Below, in pieces: positions 28,656 to 39,728 of a DNA stretch of 64,000 nucleotides. Position 1 is the first letter of the stretch. Each line of letters opens with the position of its first letter. The DNA is from Candidatus Marinacidobacterales bacterium. GTDB lineage: Bacteria; Acidobacteriota; Vicinamibacteria; Marinacidobacterales; SMYC01. The notes beneath the pieces were generated by a model, which saw nothing but the letters and a program-made list of their open reading frames with translations, did not search any database and was not told where the DNA came from. The DNA is taken from assembly GCA_965224085.1 (NCBI GenBank), contig CBDCYI010000005.1, positions 192,001 through 256,000 of the forward strand, given 5' to 3'. The translations under genes were made by a program, and so were the position numbers.

Positions 28656-30224
28656 ATGAGTCGCGCGGCCCGAGTACTACGAGCACTCCTCCTTCTCGGC
28701 GCCGCACCCGTCGTGGGCCCCGTAACGGCCACCGAGCAATCCGGGCCGGAGCTCGCCCGAGCGTACAGGGAGGCCAACGAAGCTTCACTCGTTCGTGACT
28801 TCGCGGAGATGCTCAGCTATCCGAACCGGGCTCATACGCTCGAGATCCATGGGACAGCGGTCTATATCCGCGACCAGATGCGTGCCGTGGGGGTCGATAC
28901 CGGGCTCCTCGAAATCGACGGTGTGTCCCCGCTAATCCTGGGAGAGCTGAAGGTCCCCGGGGCGACACGCACGCTGGGCATCTACGTACACTATGACGGG
29001 CAACCGGCCGACCCCACGAACTGGACACACGACCCGTTCGATCCAACGCTTTACTCGGCTGCTATGGAGGCGGGAGGCGAGCCGATTCCGCTGCCGGAAG
29101 ACGGTCAGGCAGTCGATCCCGAGTGGCGGCTCTACGCCCGCTCCGCGGGCGACGACAAAGCTCCGATCGCAGCGATCCTCCCCGTGTTGCGGTCGTTCAG
29201 AGAGGGCGGTCTGGCACCGACGTCGAGCCTGGTGTTCATGTTCGATGGAGAAGAGGAGGCGGGCTCCAGGAACCTGCGGACGTATATGGAGATGGCGTCA
29301 GAGACGCTCGACGATATCGACATCTGGCTCTTCTTCGACGGCCCGGCCCACCCCAGCGGCCGGCCGCAGATCACCTTCGGAGTCCGTGGCTCCGTCGGCA
29401 TGGAAGTGACGGTGTACGGCGCGACCCGGAACCTCCACTCCGGTCACTACGGCAACTGGGCCCCCGACACCGGGAACGTCCTGGCTCATCTGCTGGCGTC
29501 GATGAAAGACGAGAACGGCAACGTCCTCATCGAGGGATGGTACGACACTGTCGAGCCGATCGGTGAGGAAGAGCGGGCGGCGCTACAGGCGATGCCGGAC
29601 TGGGATACCGAGCTCCGCAGGGAGCTCGGCCTCGTGAAGACTGAGGGCGCGCCACAGTCACTCCCAGAGCGTCTCCTCCATCCGGCGCTCAACGTGCGCG
29701 GCATAACGAGCGGCAATACCGGCTCACTCGCCCGCAACGTGATTCCCAACACGGCCGTTGCCTCGCTCGGGATCCGGATGGTGAAGGGCAATACGTCGGA
29801 GTATATGCGCCAGTGCGTTCTGGATCACATCGAACGGCAGGGCTTCTACGTCGTCGAGGAAGACCCGGACATGGAGACGCGGCTGCGCTATCCACGGATT
29901 GCCAAGGTCACGGGCGGACGAGGTGGGTCGATCGCTGCGCGCACGTCGATGGCGGATCCTTTCGCCCAGAACGTGATGGAGGCCGCCTCGGCAGCTGCCG
30001 ACGGCGCGTTCGGCGAAGGTTCCCTGGTGCTCGCGCCGGGTATGGGCGGTACGCTTCCGCTCTATCTGTTCACGGAGGTCGCGGGCAAGCCGGCGATCGT
30101 CGTGCCGGTCGCCAACCACGACAACAACCAGCACGCGCCCGACGAGAATCTGCGCATCGCGAACCTCTGGTACGCGATCGACCTTTATGCGGCCTTGATG
30201 ACCATGCCGAACACGGTCTTTTAG
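28656..30224 (+). CDS. M20/M25/M40 metallo-peptidase (ArgE/DapE-like), exported
   Basis: HYDGQP, RSAGDDK, GEEEAGS, LHSGHYG and NQHAPDEN motifs; signal peptide. Confidence 0.88.
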   Translation: MSRAARVLRALLLLGAAPVVGPVTATEQSGPELARAYREANEASLVRDFAEMLSYPNRAHTLEIHGTAVYIRDQMRAVGVDTGLLEIDGVSPLILGELKVPGATRTLGIYVHYDGQPADPTNWTHDPFDPTLYSAAMEAGGEPIPLPEDGQAVDPEWRLYARSAGDDKAPIAAILPVLRSFREGGLAPTSSLVFMFDGEEEAGSRNLRTYMEMASETLDDIDIWLFFDGPAHPSGRPQITFGVRGSVGMEVTVYGATRNLHSGHYGNWAPDTGNVLAHLLASMKDENGNVLIEGWYDTVEPIGEEERAALQAMPDWDTELRRELGLVKTEGAPQSLPERLLHPALNVRGITSGNTGSLARNVIPNTAVASLGIRMVKGNTSEYMRQCVLDHIERQGFYVVEEDPDMETRLRYPRIAKVTGGRGGSIAARTSMADPFAQNVMEAASAAADGAFGEGSLVLAPGMGGTLPLYLFTEVAGKPAIVVPVANHDNNQHAPDENLRIANLWYAIDLYAALMTMPNTVF

Positions 30225-30480
30225 CTGCCCGAGCGGCCGTCGGAGCTAGCCTGCCCACGGACTGTTAGTGCGTGAGGACACCGTGCGATGCGATCCGCCA
30301 CGCGTTGCCCGCCTTGGTCCACAGAACCTCAATACAGGGGAATGATCGCCCGCAGTTCGAAGTCGAAAAGCTGCGGCGTAGAAGTGAACGGATCGGAGTA
30401 CTTCTGCGTGACGAGGGACCGCCGACTTAAGCATCAGCTTGCCGGTTCGATCAGCAGCAACTCCCTCTGAGTCGGGATGA

Positions 30481-31567
30481 GCTGCCCTGGTGCACAACTC
30501 CGATAGAGGCCGAGAGCTCGCTTGGCCCCGGTTTCCCATCATCCGATCATCTTGCTATCAGGCATCCCGATGGCCGTCATGGCGTTCAGAATCTTGCACC
30601 CGATCCTTGCCTCAACTCTCTGTGCCGCCAACCCTCTCGCTCGCATCGCCGAGCCAACGATCGCCTTGTAGCGATGGAACGTTGTCTCGACTTTGCTCCG
30701 TTTGCTGTAGCCCGATTCTGTGTGCCACTTTCGTTTGCCAAGCCGAGCTCGTGCTGAAATGTTTCGATTGCGCTGTCGGCTGCTCGCCGGCCCCGATGCA
30801 AGGTGGGCGCCTTTTCGTGGCGGGTACCAGCACCTCGGTGAGCGATGAGCGCGGTGACTCTCGAGCGCTTCATAGACGCCGCTGGCGTCGTATGCGGTGT
30901 CAGCTCTGGCCGATGAGATGGGAGTGTCGATCTGTCCGACAAGCGATGCAACCCGCGATGAATCGTGGGCTCTTTTGCTCGTCAGCTCGCCGGCGACGAC
31001 TTCGCCAGTCTGCTCGTCGACACACAGATGGAGCTTTGCGATAATCCCTGCTCTTCGGTGGTCTACGCAGCTGGCCAACATGGACAGCGAGACCGCTGCT
31101 GTCGATCAAGATGTGCAACGGCGTCTTCTGCTTACCTCGGTAGAAGGGGTCCTTGCCCAGCTTCGCCTTGCGCCTCGAGAGCGTGGTGTGATCGGGCACA
31201 TCATTGTCCAGCTTCAACACAGCGAACAACGATCGCAGCAATCCCTCGCTCTGCCTGGATGACAGATGAAACAACATGCCCAGGGTGATAGCCGTCTCGA
31301 TGGCGTGATTGGAGTACTTGCGTTGACGGCCCGGTTTCCTCCTCCTCGGTCGGGGCGCGTCCCAGCCCACAAGCTTGCCGTCGGTGAGCGAGATCCACAC
31401 GGTCAGGCTGCCGCGGTCGCGTAGACTCGCCTCATATTCTCGCCAATTCCTCACCCGATAGGCCTTCTTCACATACTTCTGCTGAGTGCGTTTGAAAACG
31501 CTCATGGGGACCTCGGTTCCGCGACACGACAATTATGGGCCGATCGCGAGTTGTGCACCAAGGCAGG
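30481..31567 (-). mobile_element. IS5-family (IS903-like) element copy A
   Basis: TIR GCTGCCCTGGTGCACAACTC / GAGTTGTGCACCAAGGCAG; homologous to 49488-50579. Confidence 0.85.
30539..31505 (-). pseudogene. IS5 transposase with homopolymer frameshifts
   Basis: Relative to copy B: extra A near 31037 and compensating indels near 30825-30837. Confidence 0.8.
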
Positions 31568-31593
31568 CCCCGCCTACTATCGGGGGCTTCTGT

Positions 31594-32640
31594 TTAGGGG
31601 GTGGGTGATACTCGGCTGGAAGCGAGATGAACGTGCTCGACAAGGGCCGCGACTTGGTCCACGTTGGTCTGCGGCAAGATGCCGTGGCCGAGATTGAAGA
31701 TGTGGCCCGGCCGCCCCGCGGCCTCAGCGAGCACGGCGTCCGCTTTCGCGAAGAGCACGTCCTGCGGTGCCAGAAGCGCCAGAGGGTCCAAATTGCCTTG
31801 GACGGCGACGTCATGGCCGAGCGCTTCCCAGGTTCGCCCGAGATCGACACGCCAATCCAGGCCGACGACGTCCGCGCTTTCGCACATCGAGCTCAAGATG
31901 CCCGCCGCTCCCGTGCCGAAATGGATGCGAGGCACGCCGCACCCGGCGAGCGCATCGAGGATCCTACGGGTATGCGGAAGTACGAGCTCGCGATAATCTC
32001 CCGGAGCAAGCGCGCCAACCCACGAGTCGAAGAGCTGGACCGCCTGGGCTCCCGCTTCGACCTGCGCCAACAGATAATCTCTGACGCACACCGAAAGTTT
32101 CTCCGCGAGCCGATGCCACGAAGCCGGATCCTCATACATCAGCGCCTTGGTGTGCTCGTAGTTCTTGGAGGGGCCGCCTTCGATCGCATATGACGCCAAC
32201 GTGAAGGGAGCGCCGGCAAAACCAATCAACGGAACGTCGAGCTCCTTGCGCAAGAGAAGGATCGTATCGAGCGTAAAGGATAGATCATCCTCGGGCACCA
32301 CCGGACGCAACGCGTCGATATCGGCCGTCGAGCGTATCGGGGTGTCGATGCGCGGCCCCTCGCCTTGGACGAAGTCGAAGCCTATGCCTAGCGGGTCGAG
32401 CGGAATCAGTAAATCGGAAAAGAGAATCGCGGCATCGACCCCGAGACGATGAACCGGCTGGAGCGTTACTTGAACGGCAAGCTCGGGTGTACGGCAAATC
32501 TCGAGGATGGGATGACCCTTACGTATCGCACGATATTCAGCCATGTAGCGGCCAGCTTGCCGCATGAACCAAACTGGCGTCCGGTCGACCGGCTCGCCCC
32601 GGCAGGCTTTCAAGAAACGATCCGTTCGGGGGTGCGACAC
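31594..32640 (-). CDS. hemE: Uroporphyrinogen decarboxylase
   Basis: PVWFMRQAGRY, AAILFSD, IGFAGAPFTLASY, QGNLDP, NLGHG; GTG start 32640. Confidence 0.95.
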   Translation of the reverse strand: MSHPRTDRFLKACRGEPVDRTPVWFMRQAGRYMAEYRAIRKGHPILEICRTPELAVQVTLQPVHRLGVDAAILFSDLLIPLDPLGIGFDFVQGEGPRIDTPIRSTADIDALRPVVPEDDLSFTLDTILLLRKELDVPLIGFAGAPFTLASYAIEGGPSKNYEHTKALMYEDPASWHRLAEKLSVCVRDYLLAQVEAGAQAVQLFDSWVGALAPGDYRELVLPHTRRILDALAGCGVPRIHFGTGAAGILSSMCESADVVGLDWRVDLGRTWEALGHDVAVQGNLDPLALLAPQDVLFAKADAVLAEAAGRPGHIFNLGHGILPQTNVDQVAALVEHVHLASSRVSPTP

Positions 32641-32660
32641 AGGTGACCCTGTCAGCAAAG

Positions 32661-33224
32661 TCAATGAGACGGTCGGGCGCGCAGCCGGATGAGCTTGTTC
32701 GCAATCAGTGGATAGAGAAGCCGGCAAGCGTGATATTCGGAGACCGCCGCCGTCCGAGCGATCTCTTGAAGATTCCGCTCACCATCGATTTTCGAGAGCA
32801 CCACCCACTCGCTCGTGTTGAGAGTGATCTGTTGGCCAGCATCGCCCTCGTCGGGCAAGACGAATTCCGGGATCATCCTCATGTCGGGGATATGTTTCGA
32901 CAGCACGCTCCACTCGTCTTTCCGCCGCGCGCCTTCGAGCAATAGATTGGTGCTGCTCTGTCGGACGGTATTCTTCTCGGACAAAACGTCGGGTTCGAAC
33001 GCGAACTGGCCTTCACTCCACACCATCAACTCGAAAAACGCCTCTTCTCCCACCAGGTCGTCGACGGCCGCATGCACGACCGAGCCGTCCACGAAGGCGA
33101 TCCCGCCTTGACGGCCCGTATTCCGCGCGTGCATCTGGAGCCGGCCGGTCTTTTTCGAACCGCTCAGAAACTGCACGATGTCCGAGAGAGTGAATTCCTG
33201 AATCGAGCCTTCGAACTCTGCCAT
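32661..33224 (-). CDS. DUF4388 (PatA_N) domain protein
   Basis: FEGSIQEFTLSDIVQFL...KTG.L...G.V.HA...W.EG.F.F...LLLEGARR.DE pattern. Confidence 0.8.
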   Translation of the reverse strand: MAEFEGSIQEFTLSDIVQFLSGSKKTGRLQMHARNTGRQGGIAFVDGSVVHAAVDDLVGEEAFFELMVWSEGQFAFEPDVLSEKNTVRQSSTNLLLEGARRKDEWSVLSKHIPDMRMIPEFVLPDEGDAGQQITLNTSEWVVLSKIDGERNLQEIARTAAVSEYHACRLLYPLIANKLIRLRARPSH

Positions 33225-33378
33225 GAATCTAGAACGCTAGCACAGCAACTTGTTTCAGGTCAACATCTTGAAACCGACAGCCGCCCGGGGCGCCCGAATC
33301 CCTCGCGAGTGTTTTCTGATCTATAATGTCGGCAGGGATACGCTGGTGCATCCTCGGAAAATGAAGTGGAGAATCGTC

Positions 33379-34290
33379 ATGCGTAACAAATATCTGTTGT
33401 TTCACGTCTTGGTCCTCTTGGCGGTTGGCGCCTCGGTCGCGCTCGCCCAGATGGGCACGGGGCGCATCAGAGGCTCGGCCGAGGACACCAACGGGCAGCC
33501 AATCGAAGGGGCGGTCATCACCGCGACGAGCGCGGACGGCAAAAAAACCCTGGAAACGACGAGCGGAAGCGACGGGAAATGGGCGATTCTTGGCTTCCGC
33601 TCCGGCATGTATGATCTCACCGTCGTCGCGGACGGCTTTATCCCGCAGGCCTACAAGCAACAGGTTAGCGGGTTCGGCCGCAACCCGACGATGGATTTCG
33701 TCCTCGAGCCGGTCGCGGAAGCGCCAAGCGGCGGTTCGATGCTCGTCGAAGCCAACGCGATGTTCGAGAACGGTCAGTATGAAGAAGCGTTGATAAAATA
33801 CGAAGCGTTCCTCTCCACCGAGCCGATGGCTTATCAGATCCATTACAACATCGGGGTCGTCTATGCCAGGCTGGAGGAATATGACAAGGCCGTCGAGTCC
33901 TACGAAAAAGTACTTGCCGCAGAGCCCATGCATAGCGGCTCGCTCATCGCGATCGGCGACGTCATGGTCCAACAGCAAAAGTACGACGAGGCCGTCGTCT
34001 ATTTCGAAAAAGCTATCGACCAGACGGAGGACGAGGTCGTCCCATTCAACGTCGCCGAGATCTATTTCAACCGCGGAGAGACCGACAGAGCGATTGAGCT
34101 CTACACCCTCGCGGCCGAGCGCAAACCCGACTGGCAGGACCCGCTCCTCAAGCTCGCCTACGCCAATTTGAACAAAGGTGATATGGACGCGGCAAAGACG
34201 GCACTCGAGGCCTGCGTCGCGGTCGCGCCAGACACGGTGGAGGGACAAACGGCGGCGCAGATGCTGCAGTCGCCGGCATTCGCTAACTAG
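33379..34290 (+). CDS. Exported carboxypeptidase-regulatory-like domain + TPR protein
   Basis: Signal peptide, G.I.G...D..G.PI.GA, multiple TPR helices; the stop TAG is completed by the first base of the IS. Confidence 0.82.
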   Translation: MRNKYLLFHVLVLLAVGASVALAQMGTGRIRGSAEDTNGQPIEGAVITATSADGKKTLETTSGSDGKWAILGFRSGMYDLTVVADGFIPQAYKQQVSGFGRNPTMDFVLEPVAEAPSGGSMLVEANAMFENGQYEEALIKYEAFLSTEPMAYQIHYNIGVVYARLEEYDKAVESYEKVLAAEPMHSGSLIAIGDVMVQQQKYDEAVVYFEKAIDQTEDEVVPFNVAEIYFNRGETDRAIELYTLAAERKPDWQDPLLKLAYANLNKGDMDAAKTALEACVAVAPDTVEGQTAAQMLQSPAFAN

Positions 34291-35973
34291 TTCCTGTCCA
34301 GAAACACCATAACTTGTGGTGTACGAGAGGCCTATCGAAGATGTGGGTATTATACGTTTTCAGTCGGCACCTCGTAGGCTCGGAAGCGAATGAAAATCTT
34401 GGACGAAACGAGAGGCGAATCGTCAGCAATCCATGGCTATAAACGCAGTAAGAGTAATCATTATTATCGTAATAGGTGCCTTGCCATTACCAACAGGTTG
34501 CAGGTGATGATGGAACTCCATACGTAGGATTTGAAAGAAGGCAATGAGCGCCATGTGCATCGGTCGAGACCAAAGACTCGTTTCAAGAACGAAATGACGC
34601 CTTCGATTCCGCAGCGAAATCGCCGTAGGCGTTGATAGACCCAGGAACTCTTGACCATATCGGTCACCGCGAAGTGAGCCTTGGTAAAGGCAACATCTTC
34701 AACTCCCTTGCCTTTGATGGCTTCCAAGTTTGCCTTTGAAGAAAACGCGCCATCGTAGGCAACCTGGCGCGGGGCCCGTTCGTAGAGTTCGACTTGACGG
34801 TCGATCATGGTTTCCGCGAGAGTTGAATCGGACGGATTCCCATCCAAGATCACGCAATCCAAAATCATCGAGGACGAGCCACCAGTCAAACACACCTTGT
34901 GACCGTAGAGAGTCTCGCGCCGGTCTTTGCGAATAATGTCGGTGTGTTCTTCGAAGATCGAAACGACCTTTTCCTCCGCAGGCACACGCTCTTCATCAAT
35001 CACTCTACGCCGAGTTTGGTTGATGACTTTTTCGGTGAGGACGAGAAAGTGCTTAAAATCCGCGGCGATCTTCTCCGCACTCGCTCGCTTCACCGGCTCG
35101 GTCAAGCCGGACTCGTCCAACTGGTCTGCAACGCGTTGAGCGGAGCGATAGGTTTCTTCCGACACCTTCAGTAGATCTCGATAGACGCGACGCCTTTGTT
35201 CCTTATCCTTCGCGTTTAGAACTCCCAGTCGACGTCTCTTCGCTCGACGCGTTCGATTGCCGAAGACCACTACTGTACCCAGCAGTTCGCGAGTTCGGCA
35301 CATGAGGCGAGTGAGAACTCGGACGCAGTCATAAAGAAGCTCGGAGTCCGTAGGAGAATGAATATTCGACTCCACTACCGTGCAGTCCACTCGTACTTTT
35401 CTTCCTTTTTCGATCGCGGTCTTCTCGGCAACACTCACCAACTCTCGGTTGATTTTCTCCAGCGTTTCGAACTTCACGGCTTTGATGTTTGCTGCTAGGG
35501 TCGACTTCGACGGGCTCGGCTCTATGATGCCGAGCTGGCAAAACGTCCGATAGCTTCGAGAGTCTGCCAAGTGAAACGCCAGCTCCCGATAGGTGAACTG
35601 ATTCAGCTGCTTGACCAACAACGCCCGGAGAACCTGCTCCGCGCTCATTCCCCCACGACCAACATCGCTCCCTGCCGATGGGGTGACCGACCTCAGGTCT
35701 TGCAGTACCAGCTCATTGAGCTTAGGATGGGCATCGAGCAGCGATGATATCGTTTCGAGCTCGCGTGCGTGCTCCAGCTCCAGCCAGGGCTCGCGAAGGC
35801 TTGGTTGTGGGTTGATCGTTTTTCGCATTTAGGGCTGGTCTCCTTTGGAGTTAAGTCGTTTAGAATCTGCGTTTTTGTCGACTCGATACTAAACGACACT
35901 CCCTCAGAAGGCTAGCCCTAAATTTGCGATTACCCCTTTTTTCTCAACCTCTTACACCTGTCAGGACGGGTAC
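34290..35973 (-). mobile_element. ISNCY element copy 2 (tandem array)
   Basis: 1684 bp, flanked by TAACTA on both sides; transposase 34464..35828. Confidence 0.92.
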
Positions 35974-35979
35974 TAACTA

Positions 35980-37663
35980 GTTCCTGTCCAGAAACACCAT
36001 AACTTGTGGTGTACGAGAGGCCTATCGAAGGTGTGGGTATTATACGTTTTCAGTCGGCACCTCGTAGGCTCGGAAGCGAATGAAAATCTTGGACGAAACG
36101 AGAGGCGAATCGTCAGCAATCCATGGCTATAAACGCAGTAAGAGTAATCATTATTATCGTAATAGGTGCCTTGCCATTACCAACAGGTTGCAGGTGATGA
36201 TGGAACTCCATACGTAGGATTTGAAAGAAGGCAATGAGCGCCATGTGCATCGGTCGAGACCAAAGACTCGTTTCAAGAACGAAATGACGCCTTCGATTCC
36301 GCAGCGAAATCGCCGTAGGCGTTGATAGACCCAGGAACTCTTGACCATATCGGTCACCGCGAAGTGAGCCTTGGTAAAGGCAACATCTTCAACTCCCTTG
36401 CCTTTGATGGCTTCCAAGTTTGCCTTTGAAGAAAACGCGCCATCGTAGGCAACCTGGCGCGGGGCCCGTTCGTAGAGTTCGACTTGACGGTCGATCATGG
36501 TTTCCGCGAGAGTTGAATCGGACGGATTCCCATCCAAGATCACGCAATCCAAAATCATCGAGGACGAGCCACCAGTCAAACACACCTTGTGACCGTAGAG
36601 AGTCTCGCGCCGGTCTTTGCGAATAATGTCGGTGTGTTCTTCGAAGATCGAAACGACCTTTTCCTCCGCAGGCACACGCTCTTCATCAATCACTCTACGC
36701 CGAGTTTGGTTGATGACTTTTTCGGTGAGGACGAGAAAGTGCTTAAAATCCGCGGCGATCTTCTCCGCACTCGCTCGCTTCACCGGCTCGGTCAAGCCGG
36801 ACTCGTCCAACTGGTCTGCAACGCGTTGAGCGGAGCGATAGGTTTCTTCCGACACCTTCAGTAGATCTCGATAGACGCGACGCCTTTGTTCCTTATCCTT
36901 CGCGTTTAGAACTCCCAGTCGACGTCTCTTCGCTCGACGCGTTCGATTGCCGAAGACCACTACTGTACCCAGCAGTTCGCGAGTTCGGCACATGAGGCGA
37001 GTGAGAACTCGGACGCAGTCATAAAGAAGCTCGGAGTCCGTAGGAGAATGAATATTCGACTCCACTACCGTGCAGTCCACTCGTACTTTTCTTCCTTTTT
37101 CGATCGCGGTCTTCTCGGCAACACTCACCAACTCTCGGTTGATTTTCTCCAGCGTTTCGAACTTCACGGCTTTGATGTTTGCTGCTAGGGTCGACTTCGA
37201 CGGGCTCGGCTCTATGATGCCGAGCTGGCAAAACGTCCGATAGCTTCGAGAGTCTGCCAAGTGAAACGCCAGCTCCCGATAGGTGAACTGATTCAGCTGC
37301 TTGACCAACAACGCACGGAGAACCTGCTCCGCGCTCATTCCCCCACGACCAACATCGCTCCCTGCCGATGGGGTGACCGACCTCAGGTCTTGCAGTACCA
37401 ACTCATTGAGCTTAGGATGGGCATCGAGCACCGACGAGATCGCTTCGAGCTCGCGCGCGTGCTCCACCTCCAGCCAGGGCTCGCATAGGCTTGGTTGTGG
37501 GTTGATCGTTTTTCGCATTTAGGGCTGGTCTCCTTTGGAGTTAAGTCGTTTAGAATCTGCGTTTTTGTCGACTCGATACTAAACGACACTCCCTCAGAAG
37601 GCTAGCCCTAAATTTGCGATTACCCCTTTTTTCTCAACCTCTTACACCTGTCAGGACGGGTAC
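35980..37663 (-). mobile_element. ISNCY element copy 3 (tandem array, mosaic 5' part)
   Basis: 1684 bp, flanked by TAACTA; transposase 36154..37518. Confidence 0.92.
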
Positions 37664-37669
37664 TAACTA

Positions 37670-38572
37670 GTTCCTGTCCAGAAACACCATAACTTGTGGT
37701 GTACGAGAGGCCTATCGAAGATGTGGGTATTATACGTTTTCAGTCGGCACCTCGTAGGCTCGGAAGCGAATGAAAATCTTGGACGAAACGAGAGGCGAAT
37801 CGTCAGCAATCCATGGCTATAAACGCAGTAAGAGTAATCATTATTATCGTAATAGGTGCCTTGCCATTACCAACAGGTTGCAGGTGATGATGGAACTCCA
37901 TACGTAGGATTTGAAAGAAGGCAATGAGCGCCATGTGCATCGGTCGAGACCAAAGACTCGTTTCAAGAACGAAATGACGCCTTCGATTCCGCAGCGAAAT
38001 CGCCGTAGGCGTTGATAGACCCAGGAACTCTTGACCATATCGGTCACCGCGAAGTGAGCCTTGGTAAAGGCAACATCTTCAACTCCCTTGCCTTTGATGG
38101 CTTCCAAGTTTGCCTTTGAAGAAAACGCGCCATCGTAGGCAACCTGGCGCGGGGCCCGTTCGTAGAGTTCGACTTGACGGTCGATCATGGTTTCCGCGAG
38201 AGTTGAATCGGACGGATTCCCATCCAAGATCACGCAATCCAAAATCATCGAGGACGAGCCACCAGTCAAACACACCTTGTGACCGTAGAGAGTCTCGCGC
38301 CGGTCTTTGCGAATAATGTCGGTGTGTTCTTCGAAGATCGAAACGACCTTTTCCTCCGCAGGCACACGCTCTTCATCAATCACTCTACGCCGAGTTTGGT
38401 TGATGACTTTTTCGGTGAGGACGAGAAAGTGCTTAAAATCCGCGGCGATCTTCTCCGCACTCGCTCGCTTCACCGGCTCGGTCAAGCCGGACTCGTCCAA
38501 CTGGTCTGCAACGCGTTGAGCGGAGCGATAGGTTTCTTCCGACACCTTCAGTAGATCTCGATAGACGCGACG
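37670..38572 (-). mobile_element. ISNCY element copy 4, truncated
   Basis: Matches copies 2/3 up to ...ATAGACGCGACG, then switches to GWxTD gene sequence. Confidence 0.9.
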
Positions 38573-39709
38573 GCCACCGTGTATTGGGACGACGCGATTT
38601 CTCAGAATCACTGTAACGTTGAAATCTCCCGGAACGAGCGGAAAATCGTCTTGATAGGCAAATGGGCGTCCGCCAAGCTCTCGCATCTGGGTTGGCGTGA
38701 GCTCGATATAGGCCTCTTTATCGGTCGCGAGTACGAGCTTCCCGTCCGCGCTAGTTGCTTCGATGGAAAAGTCCAGTGTCGTGTAGAACTTCGTCCGTTG
38801 TTCGTCCGTCTCGAGCGTAAAGTTTTGGGGTTCGATCTCGATACTAAAATGCACGAGCGCGATCCCCGAAGGATCCGCGAGCACTGAGAAGACACTCCGC
38901 GACGGCACGTAGTTGAACGAGTATTCCGCCGAGACACGATTGCCATACCTCATCCACGCATCGGCGTAGTCGGTCCGGATCGCTCGTCGGGGAGACTCTT
39001 CGATCCGCGCCATCATCACCTGGCTTCCCAAGGAGGCGCGACCTCTCTGTGCATCGCCAGGCTCGCTAGGGTCGAACGACAGCGAGGCCTGCGCAAGCTC
39101 TCCCGCAACCTCCCGAATCCTCTGATACGCGGCACGCTCGTTTCCGGCCCCGGGCAGGTTCTCCGACGAGTTCAGAAGAGCTTGCGGCCCGTCTGCCATG
39201 GGGCTGTAGAGTCTGTACTCCCCGAAATCGTTCCGTTTGAAAAACAGCAGATAGAAGAAAGCCGGCGTGCCCGAGCCGGCCTGTCCTTGATAGAACCAGA
39301 GGTGCGACGAGACGAGCTCCGAATAGCCGTCGAAACGCATGATGCTTTGAGGCTCACCGAGAATGATGTAATAGCGTCCCCGGTCGGTGCGCCATCCGTC
39401 TCGAAACGTTTCCCTACCGAGATGGCTGTTGGCATATTCGAGTCGGCGATAATGCTCGATCTTGAACTCGTTCGCGGGGGTGGCGAGATTGGAATCTCTT
39501 TTTCTCCAGAAGGCCTCGATGAAGCGGCTGCGCTCTTCGAGCGCGCCGAGCGACAAGAACACCTCTCGTTCACGTTCGGTGATGATGTAGACGACGTCGC
39601 GCTCGATCCAGAGCTTGTGCTCGGGGGGCAGTTTGTCGATGCGCTCGTCGGCCGAAACAAGCGGTGCCAGGACCGCGAGCGTCAGGAGCTTTAGAACATA
39701 TCTCATCAC
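38573..39709 (-). pseudogene. GWxTD-domain protein, C-terminus deleted and joined to an IS fragment
   Basis: Signal peptide, YIIT..ER..F, FW..RD, EHYRR..YAN, GWRTDRGR.YI.LG.P. Confidence 0.85.
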
Positions 39710-39728
39710 AAAAGCGCTAATTGTCTTG

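Noticed and set aside
14724-31505. Programmed frameshifting in GT2, the Mu-like transposase tail and IS5 copy A
   Set aside because: The breaks are single-base changes in short homopolymers (GG, AAAA, CCCC, AA); sequencing error or neutral decay is more parsimonious.
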